Source: Protoeuglena noctilucae
Taxonomy: Eukaryota
NCBI GenBank assembly: GCA_958009085.1
Contig: OY253684.1
Span: 744,001-808,000, forward strand
DNA length: 64,000 bases
Direction: 5' to 3'
Part shown: positions 14,205 through 27,512 of the stretch, in pieces
Numbering within the stretch: the first letter of the stretch is position 1
How the letters are laid out: each line of letters opens with the position of its first letter
Notes under the pieces: generated by a model
The model's input: only the letters and a program-made list of their open reading frames with translations
What the model was told of the DNA's origin: nothing
Databases searched by the model: none
Position numbers and translations under genes: made by a program

Positions 14205-14404
14205 NNNNNNNNNNNNNNNNNNNNNNNNNNNNNNNNNNNNNNNNNNNNNNNNNNNNNNNNNNNNNNNNNNNNNNNNNNNNNNNNNNNNNNNNNNNNNNNN
14301 NNNNNNNNNNNNNNNNNNNNNNNNNNNNNNNNNNNNNNNNNNNNNNNNNNNNNNNNNNNNNNNNNNNNNNNNNNNNNNNNNNNNNNNNNNNNNNNNNNNN
14401 NNNN
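14205..14404. other. Assembly gap (200 N) at the centre of the inverted repeat
   Basis: Run of N. Confidence 1.
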
Positions 14405-15026
14405 GCACCTGGGTGACCGATGGTGACCGTTGGGTGGGTCATGGCCCTGTCCGCTTACAAATAGCGCCTCTTGAGCTTTATTTCTGCCTGCCGAACGCGG
14501 TGGCGGGGTCGCTGGGCGCCGGCGCCCGCCACCGCATGGGGCCCCCGAGATGCCCGCCGCCGCGCCGCACGCGCCTCCCAAGGCCCCGGATGCGCGCTTT
14601 TTTAACCTTTTCCTTTGCGTTGTGCCGGCCTTCTGGGCGATGTGCTCGCGGGCGGCGCGCGTAGACGGGGCCTGGGGTGGGGAGGCATCTCGGGCCCCCC
14701 GCGTCACCTTTGGCCGCCCTCTTGGAGCTTTTCCGCGCCGCAACACTTCCTGATGACGAGCTGTTGCTCGCGGACGGGGAAGCGCAGAGCCTTTTCGGTG
14801 CCCGGCCGGCCCCAGGACATGGCCAGCCGCCGCAGCTGGCCGGGCCTCCCGCCAGCTCGCGCCCGCTGGGGAGGGGAAGGCGGCTGTTTTCGGATGCGGT
14901 TGGTCGTTGTATTCGTTTGCCGCCTTGCTCAAGGTGCCTCTTTCTTCGCTGTCTTGTGTGACAACCCAACCACATGCACCCTCTGTGCTGCAGTGACACG
15001 CGTCGCGGCAGCTCTCGGCGGCCAAG

Positions 15027-17405
15027 ATGCACTACAATCACTTCACGGACTACACGTGGATCGTGGGAGTGGGATGCGTCCTCGGCATCTTCATGGCCTA
15101 CGGCATTGGGGGCAATGACACGGCCAACTCGTTCGGCACGAGCGTCGGCTCGCGCGCCCTCACCATTCGCCAGGCGCTCATCGTGGCGGCTTTCTGCGAG
15201 AGTGCCGGCGCCATGGGTCTCGGCTTCAGCGTGACGGATACCATCCGTGGGGTGAGCTGCGCCAGCGTGCTGTGCCTTCTTTGCACTTTTTGTCTTGAAC
15301 ACCGGCGTCGGCAATCGAGCTTGGCGCCCGCAACGCTTTGTCTACGAGACCTCAACAACGATGCCGCCGTCGCTGCGCAGGGGATTCTTAACTACAAGGT
15401 GTACACCGATGCTCCCGAGGTCATGATGTTGGGCATGATGTGCTCCCTGGGCGCGGCCGGCATCTTCATGGTCCTCGCCACCTTGTGGGAGATGCCCGTC
15501 TCCACCACGCACTCTATCGTCGGCGCTATCATCGGGTTTGGCCTGGTCTCGCATGGCTCGAGCGCTGTCAAGTGGTACGGAATTGCCGCGGCCCCCAACT
15601 TCCCCATCACTGGCGTCGCCGGCATCGTCATCTCGTGGGTCTTCTCGCCGGTCTGCTCGGGTATCCTTGCCGCGATGATCTTCTGGTCCGCCAGGACGTT
15701 CGTGCTGCGCTACAAGAACTCCTACATCCGCGGCTGGATCTCCCTGCCGATCTGGGTGTTCATCAGCATCTCCATCGATGTGCTCTTCATGACGCTCGCT
15801 GGCGCCAAGGCGAGGGCCCGCGCAGGCACCAGCCTGCCCCTTGCTTTTGTTCAGCTGTGCTGCGCTCGACATGTGCTCGTCTCGCGCTGATCTACTGCCG
15901 CAGCGTCCAGCGGGTGCCCAGCGGCGATTCACGGCTGTCCTCCGTTGTCCGCTCCAGAATAAGGAGGCCCCCGCGGTGAAGAACAACGTGGGCGTTCAGG
16001 TGGGGATCGGTCTCGCGTCCGGCGCGGGCGTCGCCATCATCGTTGCCTTCCTCATCAGGCACGTGTTCATGCCCAAGGCGGAGGCGATGTTCCGCGAGCG
16101 GATGGAGAAGGGCGAGATCGTGGCGGTGAGTCCCTGGGGGGCGGGGACAGGACCCCTGCACCTGCATACGCATCTGCGTGGCACTTGTGTTCCCACGGTG
16201 GCGCACGCGCTGCCCCACCCCTTTGGCACTGACGTGGGCTGCTCGCTTTGACACGCCCGCAGGACCCCGAGAACCCCGACTGGTACGTCTACGACATGGC
16301 TCGCGTGCGTGAGCTGGAGGCCGAGCGCAGGCAGAAGAAGCTGGACCTCGCGGAGGGCGAGGGCAAGTCCATCATCAAGACCGTCTTCCAGGGGCTCGAC
16401 AACGACGTCCACGCCGTGATCGACACCAACGCGCGCGTGAACGCCGTCCACACCTCCGCCGAGGTGTTCGATGCGCGCACGGAGGAGGCGTTCAAGTACC
16501 TCCAGGTCTTCACGGCCATGTCCATGTCCTTTGCCCACGGCGCCAACGACATCGCCAACTCGGTGGGCCCCATGGCCGGCATCTGGTACGTGTACAAGAC
16601 CTCCAAGCTGACCAAGAAGACGGACAGCGCGACCGTCAACGACATGTACTGGCTGCTGGCGCTCGGCGCGCTGGGCATCTGCCTCGGCCTCTCGACGCTC
16701 GGCTACATCATCATGCGCACGCTCGGCGTCAAGGTGGCCAAGATGACCCCCACGCGCGGGTTCGCGGCGGAGCTGGGCGCGGCCTTCATCATCGTGATTG
16801 GGTCCAAGCTGGGCCTGCCGCTGTCGACGACGCACTGCATCACGGGGTCGGTGGTGGGCATCGGGTGAGTTTCTCGCGGCGTTGCTCGTCCCCTCCCCAG
16901 CGCGAGGGCAGTTTCAGGCAGTGTGCTCACGAGGCAGGCGGTCTGCTCACGCACCGTGTCTTGGATGACCCTCTCACCCCTCCCACGTCACCTCTGCAGG
17001 CTGCTGGAGCGCAGCCGCGGCGTCAACTACTTCATCCTCCCCAAGATCATCTTCGGCTGGATCATCACCCTCATCTTCTGCGGCTTCGTGTGCGCGCTCT
17101 TCTTCTCCATCTCGTACTTCTCCCCCGGGGCGTACGGCATCCGCGACCGCAACTACTACCAGACCAAGGTCCAGAGCTTCGCCGAGAGCATCGCGTCGGC
17201 CGTCACGAGCAACGCGTCCCTGCAGACGTCGCCCAACTATGCCTCCACGTGGTCGGCCGTGGCCACCAGCCTCAACTCGACGGCGCACAGCCTGGCCAAG
17301 ACCCAGGTCATCAACCGCTACGACGAGGGCGCGCTGCTGGACAACGTGCTGAGCCTGCTGACCGACTCCAAGACGGGCGTCTTCAACAGCTGCAACTCGT
17401 GGTAG
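15027..17405 (+). CDS. PiT/PHO4-family phosphate transporter, copy 3, spliced
   Basis: Inverted copy of copy 2. The first signature reads GGNDTAN instead of GANDTAN. Confidence 0.93.
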
Positions 17406-17535
17406 TTGAAATGGCTTGTGTATGTCATGGCGATATCTTAGCTTCTTTGAAAACGAATCGTGTATATCGGACAGTGACGTTTAGGATAAGAAATCTGAGC
17501 CACATGAAGAGACTAGTCTATCCCTACTCATCATC

Positions 17536-18921
17536 TCACTCCTGCTCTGCGGCCCTTTTCTTGGCATCCTTTGCGGCAGCCCTGCGCACCAAGGGTGGAG
17601 GGTTCGGCCAGGTTCGGACCAGCCATGTAGCGACCAGAAGCCTGGTCTTGAGGACTCTTGGAACCTCAAACACTACGCCATCCCGCAGGACATCAGCTGC
17701 ACCTACCATCGCATCGCAGCCACCCCCACCCCATGCCACGCCATGTTCACAGCCATGCACTGGCAGCCACTGCAATGATGCAGTTCATCAATACGCAATC
17801 CGTAATCCACTCGCCTCTTCCGGCTCTTCTCAAGGTCCTTGTGTTTGACGCGGCACTCCACGCCCCGGCGCGTGCCCACCGCATGGCTCACGGCAACCCA
17901 GTCCACCCGGCCCTGCTGCGTCCGGGGAGGGTCCACGAGGGCCCTCTCCAGCGCCGCCACCTCCTCCTTCGTCCACGGCTCGCGCTTCCGCGAGTACTTG
18001 TCCCTCCAGTGGTCCTTGCATTGCACGGCCGTACGCGTCCGCACCACGCCCGCCACCACGTCCCAAGACTTCTTCTGCGGGGGTCACGAGGGTCAACAGT
18101 TCGTTACTCAAGCAAGTCTTTTGCAGGAGGTCAAGGGAGACACAATCATTGCCATCGTATATGCATCGCATTCCATCGGTCGCGGTCGGTGACCCGATCC
18201 TCAGCGTCCGCCTCCTAGGCCCCAGCTGCACCGGCACGCAGCGCCAGGGCCCAACTCAATCCGTGCCCATGCCCAAGGCATCCACGCCCAACCTCAATCT
18301 CAAAGGCAACAGTCATCTCCCGATGTCAATGGCGATGCTGTCTGCCCCGCCCCTAACCGTGTCATCATCGAAGCCCCGGGTCGCCACTTCATATCTCTCG
18401 TCCTCCGATGCCGTCCAGGGACCTTGCCTCAGCTCAGGCACCGCACCCCCCGCCTCCGCCGCTCCCTGCGCCCTCAGCACGGCCCTCAGCCTCTGCGGGG
18501 GGTGGCAGCGTCACAGCATGAAGGCGCAAGCGGGGGTCCGCTGCAGCAGTGCCCATTCAGACGCTGCTCGACAGGCAGGAGAACGCACCCCGCATGACTC
18601 TCCATACACCCACACCCACATCCACACTGTCAGTGCCCCACGCTTAGCACCCCATGCCACAGCAACGTCTCCTCACCTGCCACCGGGTGCGGCACCGGGT
18701 GTTGTCCTTGTTGCCCCCCACGAAATCCGCCACGCGCATCCAATTGCCCTCCCCGTACATGTCCAGGGCCGTCAGCAGGCGCCGCTCCTCCCCTTCTGTC
18801 CACTCCGCGACCTGCTTGCTCGCGGCCTTGGTCGTGGCAGTGCAGTAGGCCTCTGCGTGGGTGAGCAGAGCCGCAACGTCGGTGACCATGAGACCGAGCG
18901 ACACAAAGAGAGAGAGATACA

Positions 18922-18956
<35 letters not shown>

Positions 18957-21085
18957 GAACACCACCAACGCCACCGGCCTACTTGTGCCCATAGGAACGG
19001 CGCACGATACTCTGACAGAGGCGTGTGGGAGCCCACGAGCGCAGGGCCTAGGGATGGCACATGTGGCGAGATCCATGCATGTGCACGAGGAGCGTGACGA
19101 GTACCGGTTCTTCACTCACCCAGTACCTGCCATGGCCGGGTGCCGTCGCCCATCTCCCTCGCCACGTCCTCCAGCATCTGAGACCGCAGGGCAGCGTTGG
19201 TAGTGTCCGGCAACAGATGTACTGGACTAGCTGCCATCATAGGCGCAGCAGAGCTCCCCAGTCAGTCACACCGTGGATGGCGCAGATACTTTGCAGCGAC
19301 GGTGGGCAACCAGCCCACGCACACCGCGGCTCGCAAGGGGCAGCCTGCCTACGCACACCGCGGCTCGCAGGTTAAGACACCCCAGCTCTTGTGTTGAGCT
19401 GCGAACCAAGCAACCATGGCTCGCCTGTCCGTCCAGCGCCTGTTGCGCCTTCCCGTCCGCTGGGTCGAGCGACACCCCACGCTCCTCCAGCAGCGCTTGC
19501 ACTCGGTGCAGTTGTTCCTGCGACAGGCGACCGGCCCCGTGGCTGGCGTCTGCCGGCGCCTCCTCACCGTCCGCTTCCCTCGCCCGCCCAGCCCGCCGGC
19601 GTCTGAACCTGCGAGTGCGAGCGCGACGAGCGCTACATGAGAGATGGCACAGGCACGCTCCAGTGGGAAGCCATTTCCCTGCTGAAATGGCCTTATGATA
19701 AGTGATAAGAACAGATGGTCTCCCACTGTGTCGCTCCCACCCATGTACCCATACACACCCACTCTGCTCCCTTCCCAAAAACCCTTCCCACCTGAAGGGC
19801 GCCGCTGCTGTGCCCGCCGGCGCAGACGCCGCCCTTTCGCCGTCTCCGTCGTCGCCAGCAGACGGCCTCGCGATGCTATCGTAGACGTTGTGCCACCGCG
19901 TGATGCATTCGTGGGCAGCACGACCCCCCATCTGAGAGGACAAAATCACAAGATCAGTTACTGTGTCTATGAATCAAAGGGTGGACATCGAAATTGAAGG
20001 AGCGACTGCCAAAACCAATGGAGATGAGGGCAGTTTGCACGCCACCCTCTCCCACCCCTCCCCAGCCACCCCAGTCACCTGGTCTGCCACCCTCTCCCAC
20101 CCCTCCCCAGCCACCCCAGTCACCTGGTCTGCCACCCTCTCCCACCCCTCCCCAGCCAACTCCTCCCGCACGGCCACCTCCAGTGCCCGCCCCTGCAACC
20201 CCGCCAGGTGGGCCTGCGCCACCTTCGATGCCTCAAACAGAGCCACCGCCTCGTCATTTCGCCCCGCATTCATCGCGTCACAAGCGACTTGCACGAGCCG
20301 CTTCCCCCGCGCGTGCCCCGCCTGCTCCCGCACCACTTGCACCAGCGACGCGTCCTCCTCGCGAGACCAGTGCTGCTGCGTGGACGGACAGGTCATCAGC
20401 AGTGAGGCCTCGCCCCCATCATCATCCGACATCTGCACCCACGAACACTGCTCGTGCAGAGACTAGGCAACGCTGCGTGTTGAGCCTGCGGAGCTTGCGC
20501 GATGCTGACCTCGCGCCCCACGTCGTGGAGGTACCGCAGGTACTCCCGCACCCTCAAAGCCTCGGCGTTAGGCTCCGGCCCAGCGCCGGACTGCAGACGC
20601 CAATGTCGGCTCTGCGCGGGGTCACGCACGGGGCCCGGGAAGGAGCCCTCCGCCACGGAGCCGGGGTCGTGGAGTGCAAGGAGCTGCTTCAGCTCTACTT
20701 GCAGCGAACCCCGAAGCTTGTTCATCATCGCTTGGCTCTGCAAGCGCCTGCACAGGCAAAGGAAACGGTTGCCATCAACTCAGCCGCTCGCTGCCGGCCA
20801 TCCGGCGCGCTTTCTGCGAGAGGGATGCAACGTGTGCACGCACCGCTTTTTCAAGACCGCGAGCCAGCTCTGAAGAGCGAGCTGGGCCTCCCGGTTGGCC
20901 TCGAGAGCTTTCCCCACGGTCTCCAGTCGCTTCTCGGTCGTGATTTCGCGCTCCGCGAATTCTTCGCACACATAGTCCGCGGCGTATCCATCTCGCACGC
21001 CACCATCGCTGCTTGGACGCACAGGGGAGCCTTCCTGCAGGGAGGCACCGCTTTCAAGGGTATGCAGCCAATTTCCTGGGGACAT
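17536..21085 (-). CDS. Multi-repeat Myb/SANT protein, possibly SNAPC4/MYB4R1-like; ends approximate
   Basis: Myb repeat fragments in successive exons: HWSREED, ECITRWHN, EWTEGEERRLLTALDMYGEGNWMRVADFVGGNKDNTRCRTRW, PWTASEDE, PWTKEEVAALERAL...VGTRRGVECR. Confidence 0.75.
18925..18953. repeat. (AG)n microsatellite in a Myb gene intron
   Basis: Uninterrupted AG dinucleotide run. Confidence 0.95.
20041..20158. repeat. 45-bp tandem repeat (~2.6 copies) spanning a probable exon end and GT donor of the Myb gene
   Basis: Unit gccaccctctcccacccctccccagccaccccagtcacctggtct; on the minus strand it reads ...GCA GAC CAG|GTGACT. Confidence 0.85.
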
Positions 21086-21629
21086 TGCAGCGTCGACAGG
21101 CTCATCGTGTAGATGTACACTTAAACATGTCTCAGCCTACCTGGGCCAGAGCTATCGCGCCCTCCACGTCGCGCTGCATGGTGCTCCGTCCACCCGAGCA
21201 GGGGCCTCCACTCAGCCCATCATTCTCCTCAGGCACTCGCGTGCAGCGTGTTTGTCTCACTCCCGCCACGCCAACGGGCCGAGGTCTGAGCGACGCGTGA
21301 GCTGCTGGGGCTGAAACTCCAGCGCACTTTGCCAGACGGTGACGGTGGGTCGCTGTGTCAGCCAGGAATCGCACGCGGAGGAGTTTTCTAAGCCAGTTGC
21401 TTCATGCCGCTGCGAGCCTACGCAACACGACGCCGTCTAGGCCAGCGTATCCTGTGCCCCAGTCTCTGGGCGTGTGTGTAGCGACTCTCGCGGAGCTACC
21501 CCGTATCCAAGTCATTTTTTGTCGCATCTCATACGCTCTGCTGCTCTTTGCTTAGGACATAGGCCTGCCACGCGCGAGTGGTGGCTCAGGGGGCCACGAG
21601 GGCCGGCACCGGAGTAGGGCAAGCGCTGG

Positions 21630-23366
21630 ATGGCAAACCTCGCCGCCGGACGCCATGACTCGCGTGAGTGTAACACGACGCATCCACTGGGATCGCGTGT
21701 CACTCGATCGCGTCCACGTTCGCGTCCTGGGGGTCTCGCAACGCTCGCACTGGGCGCCCTTCCGCGCTCCCCGCAGTCCCGGCGCCGGTCCGCGGTATTC
21801 TCGGAAGTAGAGAGCGCCATCATCAAAGCGAGGGGGGAGCTGCGTCCACCGCGCCCATCCACCGCTCCCCACTAACGTGGCAAGTGCAGCTCGCCGCTAT
21901 GGTCGCGGGAGGCACGGCCGGCGCCGTCGGCAAGACGGTTACAGGCAAGCACGTGGATGTAATTGACGCGGTGGAGAATCGCGGTGCTCTTTCCGGGCTC
22001 CTCGAGGCGTCTAGCATGACTTGTGGCTCAGCAGTTGCTGTACTCTCGTCGCAGCGCCCATGGCACGACTAACGATCCTGTATCAAGTCCATGGGGTGGG
22101 AGGGCACTACCACGGGGTGAACGTGCGCGCCCACTCCCTGTGGGACGCGCTGAGACACATCACGCGGTCCGAGGGCCTCCTTTCCTTGGTGAGCGCAACT
22201 GGAGCTGTGGATAAAATGGCCCATTAGCTAGAGCCTTTCCGCTGCGAACAGGCTGATATCATCCGTTGAATGTGTGCCTCACCTCCCCATGCTTTGGCCT
22301 TCTCGACTCCCCCGCACTACTGCCCCACAGTGGCGGGGCAACGGCGTGACCATCCTGCACCGGGTCCCTTACTCGGCGGTCAACTTCTGGGCGTACGAGT
22401 GGCTCACGCACGCGTTTTTGGAGGCGCGGGCCCGCGCACCCGGATCCCCCGGCGAGGGCAAGGGCAGGCACGGAGCGGGGGTGTTGGTGGCAGAGGACTT
22501 TTCACGTCGCCTGGCCATTGGGGCGCTCTCCGGAGGCGCGGCGTGCGCGGCCGCGTATCCGCTGGACCTCGCGCGCACGCGTCTCAGCGTGCAGCTGGCC
22601 ACGGGGCGCCAGCCGCCGCGAATGGGGGCGCTGCTGATGGGCGTCGTGCGGAGCGAGGGCGTGCGGGGGCTCTACCGGGGTCTCGGTGAGGACTGTTACC
22701 GCCGAGCATGCTTCTTGTTGCTGCCCGCGCCCTCCGCCGCTGACGCCCGCTGCTACTTGTCCCCTCAGCGCCCACGGTGGCGTCGACCGGGCCCACGATT
22801 GCCCTCAACTATGCCGTGTACGAGAGCCTCCGTGATTGGTACCTGCATCGTGACGGGCACAAGCGCGCGCAGCCCCCGACCTCCGTAGCACTCGCGTTCG
22901 GCTCCACGGCCGGCCTCCTTTCCTCTCTCGTCATGTACCCGCTCGACTTGGTTCGGCGGCGCATCCAGGCGAGCGCTGGCCGCGCTGCGCCGCCCGCGCG
23001 TCGCCGCGAGCTGCGGGGGGCAGCTGGGAAGCGCAGCGCAAACGGGCGAGGGCTGCCGTGCCGCTGATATCTGCAGATCCAAGGGCAGGACCGTCCGGGT
23101 GCACGGGAGACGACCTGGCACGCCGCAGTCGCCATCGCGCGCAAGGAGGGCGTCCGCGGTTTTTATCACGGCTTCCAAGCGGAGGCCGTCAAGGTGCGTC
23201 GTGCTGCTGGCCGCGAGGACAGCGCCCGGCACGTGTCTGCATGCCGGGTCGCCACTGGCAATCGCGACATTCCCTCCAGGTCGCCCCCGGCATGGCCATC
23301 GCGTTCTGCGTCTACGAGGGCATGAAATACGCCCTCGGCATCCAGGACTCGACGAGCCTTCGCTGA
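21630..23366 (+). CDS. Mitochondrial carrier family (SLC25) protein, spliced
   Basis: Carrier repeats: AGGTAGAVGKTVT|APMARLTILYQ, WRGNGVTILHRVPYSAVNF, AYPLDLARTRL, EGVRGLYRG, YPLDLVRRRIQ, KVAPGMAIAFCVYE. Confidence 0.9.
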
Positions 23367-23729
23367 CTGGCACCTGTGCCGAGTGCGCCAGCCGCACGAC
23401 CACAGCCCGCGTTGCAGGGAAGGTAGCCACGCCTTCGAGGGCGTAGCGCCCTTAGCTTTCATGCGACGCCTGGGCGTTGCACTTGTTCATTGGTGTCTAT
23501 GGCACTGCCTCGGGCGACCTGGAGTTGCCAGCCAATAGCCATCACAGCGCCGAACTCTTGGCATTGCCAGCGCTGCTGGCGTAGGCCCCACGTTTTTCAA
23601 AGTCGCCCATCATGTCACGACCCATTCACTGCTCTCGTAGTGATTCATGAGTCGCCCCAACGCTGCCTGTGGTGTGTCGCAGGCTGTGTGTCGACACATC
23701 CTCGCCCAGATGCGTCGCCCAGATGCGCT

Positions 23730-25441
23730 TCATCGCATGGCGCCCGCCTTGAGCACGTCAATCATGTTGTACACCTTCTTCTCCGCCTTCTCCTGGACCA
23801 TCTTGTGCAGGAACTGCGGAACGCCAAGTCAAATCGAACCGTCAGCACCCGAGCGTGGCACGCCCCTATTAGACAGGGTCATTTCTAGCACGTTGCATCA
23901 GCTGCAAAGGTGCACGTGTTGTGCCGCGCACCAGCACGGCGTCGACGGTCCCCTCGGCGTAGACGACGCGCCCGCAGACGTTGTGCTGGAACTCCATGTT
24001 CACCGAACCGTCTGGCGACGTCAGGTGGTAGGTGTGGTAGGCGTGGCCTGCGAAGTTGACAGCGACGATGGCATGGGTCTCGGCAACGCACCGAGGCAAG
24101 CCACGGTAAGCTGGCTCCTCGCAAGCCTTGCATTGCTTTGGCCCCTGCGCCCCGCACGCACCTGCCAAGTGCTCGGCCGGCACGCCCATCGCCCGCTGCC
24201 CCGCATCGTCCCGCACTTTGGCGATGTCCGAGACGCTGAAGTCGAGCCCCATCTTCTGGAAAGACTTCACCACTGCCTTGGCCGTCCCCGACGTGTCCAC
24301 CTTGCTGCTCTGGTGGCTCTCCGTCACCGTCAGCTTGTACCCGCTGAAGCACCCGGGAAAACTCGTCGCCATGTACTCTGCGCGGCGATGCGGACAGCAG
24401 CTCGGCCACGATCCTAGCCATCATCCCGGCGTCGCATCCATGACCATCCCGTCTGCACCATCCATCCATCCATCCAAAGTGCATCCTGCGCTGCGTGCGG
24501 CTTCCCGAGCAATGCCTCACCCATCATGGCCTGGAACGCGACGATCTGCTTGCCCATCTGCGGAGCGATCACGGCGTAATTGCCCGAGGCGTGGACGTCG
24601 CGGTACAGCTTGTCCCGGTCGCCTCCCGTGGTGCCCATCACGAAGGGGATCATGTTGCGTGAGTAGAAGAGCGCGTTGTCGTTCACGGCGCTGCGCACGC
24701 AAGGCGTCGCGGGGTGTCGCGGGCTGCCCGCGCAAGCAGACCGTCCGACCAGCCGAGCATGCGCGGCAGACATGGCGGCGCTCAGGTCACCTTGGCAGCG
24801 TGAAGTCGATGATAATCAGGTTGGGATACTGTCGCCGGATGTCCTCCATCGCGTCTTGCCGCACATCATGGCCCACCACCTCCACGGGAATCCCCGCCAC
24901 CGCCTGGTTCTCCACGGCGATGCCCCGGCTGGCCCCAGTCAGCGTGTAGGGAACAAGCGTATAACCCCCCCGGACCACGGCCTCCGCCGCGGCAAGCCCC
25001 ATCTGCAAGGGCAGGGGGCGTTTCCGCATGCACGAGCTGGCCCCGGCCACGACGGGCCGACTGCGCGGATGCCGCGTGCTGCGCCGCGTAGCCATTGAAT
25101 CCGCTGCTCCGGCGCATTCATGAATGAGCTAATCCCGTCGGCTTCCGCGCACCGCGAAGCTATCCCGGCCGCAGCAGAGAGAAAGAGGCGTCAGCGCGCT
25201 CCCTGACCCGCCATACGACGCCGCGAGAATCGCGATGCCATGAACGTTTCCACCACACAGCAACAGCGATGCCTGGCGTTGCAATAGACGGCTCGCTCAC
25301 CTTCCCCGTACACGAGTTCACCATGATGGCCACGTCCCCCTTGGCCGTCGCGCGTAGCACCACGACGCGGTTCGGAGCAGCAACATGGGACACCAAGCCC
25401 GCCTTCTGGGCCCCCAGGCCAAAGCGGCCGGCGGCGAGCAT
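23730..25441 (-). CDS. dapB: 4-hydroxy-tetrahydrodipicolinate reductase, plant plastid type, with probable transit peptide
   Basis: IMVNSCTGK|MG, IDFTLP, PFVMGTTGGDR, ESHQSSKVDTSGTAKAV, GHAYHTY, EFQHNVCGR, VYNMIDVL. Confidence 0.92.
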
Positions 25442-25703
25442 GGTGCTGAGTCGAAGCGAGAGACGCGGGTGATGGGCTTGCGGCGCCGGCGGCGCTCCCT
25501 CAGCCAGTTCTTGGCTAAGACTGCCGACGGGGCCGTAAAGCTAGCAGTGCCGCTCGCGAGCCGGGCCATCGGCGATTCAGTTACACGCTTCCGACATCTG
25601 CCAGTCTCGGCGGAGATCTGCGGCCCAGCCGCCCATTTTCCAGCACTAATCTTTCCAAGACGGACTTCCTGCGTTTCAACCTACATTGGATTCGCGGGCA
25701 ACC

Positions 25704-27512
25704 ATGTCTGCTGGATCCGGCTCCCCCGAGGCATGGGTGGCCGCGGGCGCGCTCGCGCTGGTCGACGGGGACGCGGCAGCGGCCGCGGAGATGCTTTCCA
25801 AGGTGCGATAGATTTCCCGCATCTGTGCTTCTCAGTAAACGACTCGTTTGAGATCGCTGGCGGGACATATTTCGCACCATCTGGAAGCAGCCAGCGTGTT
25901 GGCCCCACCGCGGACACGAGGCCGCTTCCCCGGGCTCCGGGGCGTCTCGACGATGACGTTGCTTGAATGCCTTCCTCCTCAGGCAATCGCGGTGGACTCA
26001 GGCAACGCCTCGGTGTGGAGTGCGCTTGCACAGGCACACCTTCAGACGGGGGACTATTTGGAGGCGCTCGAGGCTGGCGTGAAGGCCACATCTCTCGATG
26101 GGAACAGGTGAAACCTCGTTATGTCAATGGGATTGGATTAGCCAACGGCGGAGGACGGGGCTCATCGCACCACAGGTCTTCCTTTTTGCAGCGTCATGGC
26201 GTGGCTGCGGCTAGGCCAGGCTTACTTCCGCCAGGCGGAGTTCGAGACGGCGATGGACGCGTTCGAGAAAGCGAAGGCGTTGGCGACGCTGCCAGGTGCG
26301 GGAGCTTCCTATTCATGAGCCAGGGGGGGTTACAAGACACTGATTAGACACGAGCACAGGAGAATTGCACAGGATGGAATAGGCTCACTGCCCCACCTCG
26401 TCCTCCGCGCAGCGCACGTCTCTCAGGTGCAGGCATGGGTGCGGAAGACGGAAGCGGAGCTGGCAGAGGTTCAGGCGACGGTGGACGACGCTCGTGAGGG
26501 TCCCGCGGCAGACGAGCAGCCCTCCACGTCAGCTGCTGGCGACGCGGAACAGCTCACAGAGCCTATGCTGGGCAAGTACCGGTACCAGTGGTACCAGGCT
26601 GGGCCCAAGGTGAGGGCGGGGCAGCTGCCGTGAGCATGAGGGCAGGAGCGGGTGGGGTGGCGTGGGACTCAGAGCGCCACGGTCCGCAGCGCCTCGTGCG
26701 ACCGGGGTCTGCCATGGTTCCGCAGGTGGTGGTGGACGTGATGGCAAAGAATGTGGCGAGGGACCGTGTGCGCGTCAAGTGCACGGAGCGAACCCTTGAG
26801 GTGGTGCTGCTGGACGAGGCGGGGCAGGTCGAGTTCGCGCTGCCCGTGCGGCTCTGGGGACGCGTGCAGCCGGGGCAGGTGCGGGTGGAGGTCCTGAGGC
26901 CCAAGGTGGAGGTGGCCATGCGCAAGGCGGACATGGCCGACTGGAAGCAACTCGAGGCAGCGGGTGAGGGCGAGCGAGCTTCCGAATGGCGAAGCTGGGA
27001 GCGCAGCGGCGGAGGGGCGCTGCGGCGAGTCAGGTACGCTTTGCTTTGTGTGGCAGATGTCCAGACAATCTCTGGCAAGCAGACGTTGCCCTGGCGCCGT
27101 CAGAAGTGCCCAGGCGCGCCTTGGCATCTGCTGGATGCTTCGTCTCAAAGAGGCTGAAGCTGAGCACTGTTGAGCTTGGCTTTACTCCTCTCTCGCCCCC
27201 CCAGAAGCGGCTCCCGCGCCCCCGCCTGCGGCCCCCAAGCCCTACGCCTCAAAGAAGGACATCGATTGGGACCGCCTCGAGGTGGAGCTGAAGGAAGCGG
27301 AGAAGAACGAGAAGCTGGAGGGGGAGGCGGCGCTGCAGAAACTCTTTAAGGACATTTACGCCAACGCGGACGAGGACACCCGGCGGGCGATGATCAAGTC
27401 GTACGTGGAGAGCAACGGCACGGCGCTGTCCACCAACTGGAAAGAGGTCGGGACGAAGAAGATCGAGACGCTGCCGCCGTCGGGAATGGAGGCGAAGCCG
27501 TTTGCAGAATAA
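25704..27512 (+). CDS. SGT1: SGT1 co-chaperone (TPR-CS-SGS)
   Basis: N-terminal TPR exons; CS domain KYRYQWYQ...KVEVAMRKA..WKQLE; SGS domain GEAALQKLFKDIYANADEDTRRAMIKSYVESNGTALSTNWKEVG. Confidence 0.95.

Larger units (their letters stand above)
11052..17405. repeat. ~3.0 kb inverted repeat (arms 11052-14052 and 14405-17405) carrying PiT copies 2 and 3 head-to-head
   Basis: Mirror positions sum to 28457. Exons, introns and about 620 bp of upstream sequence match; I spotted differences at 15104, 15112 and 17155. Confidence 0.95.
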
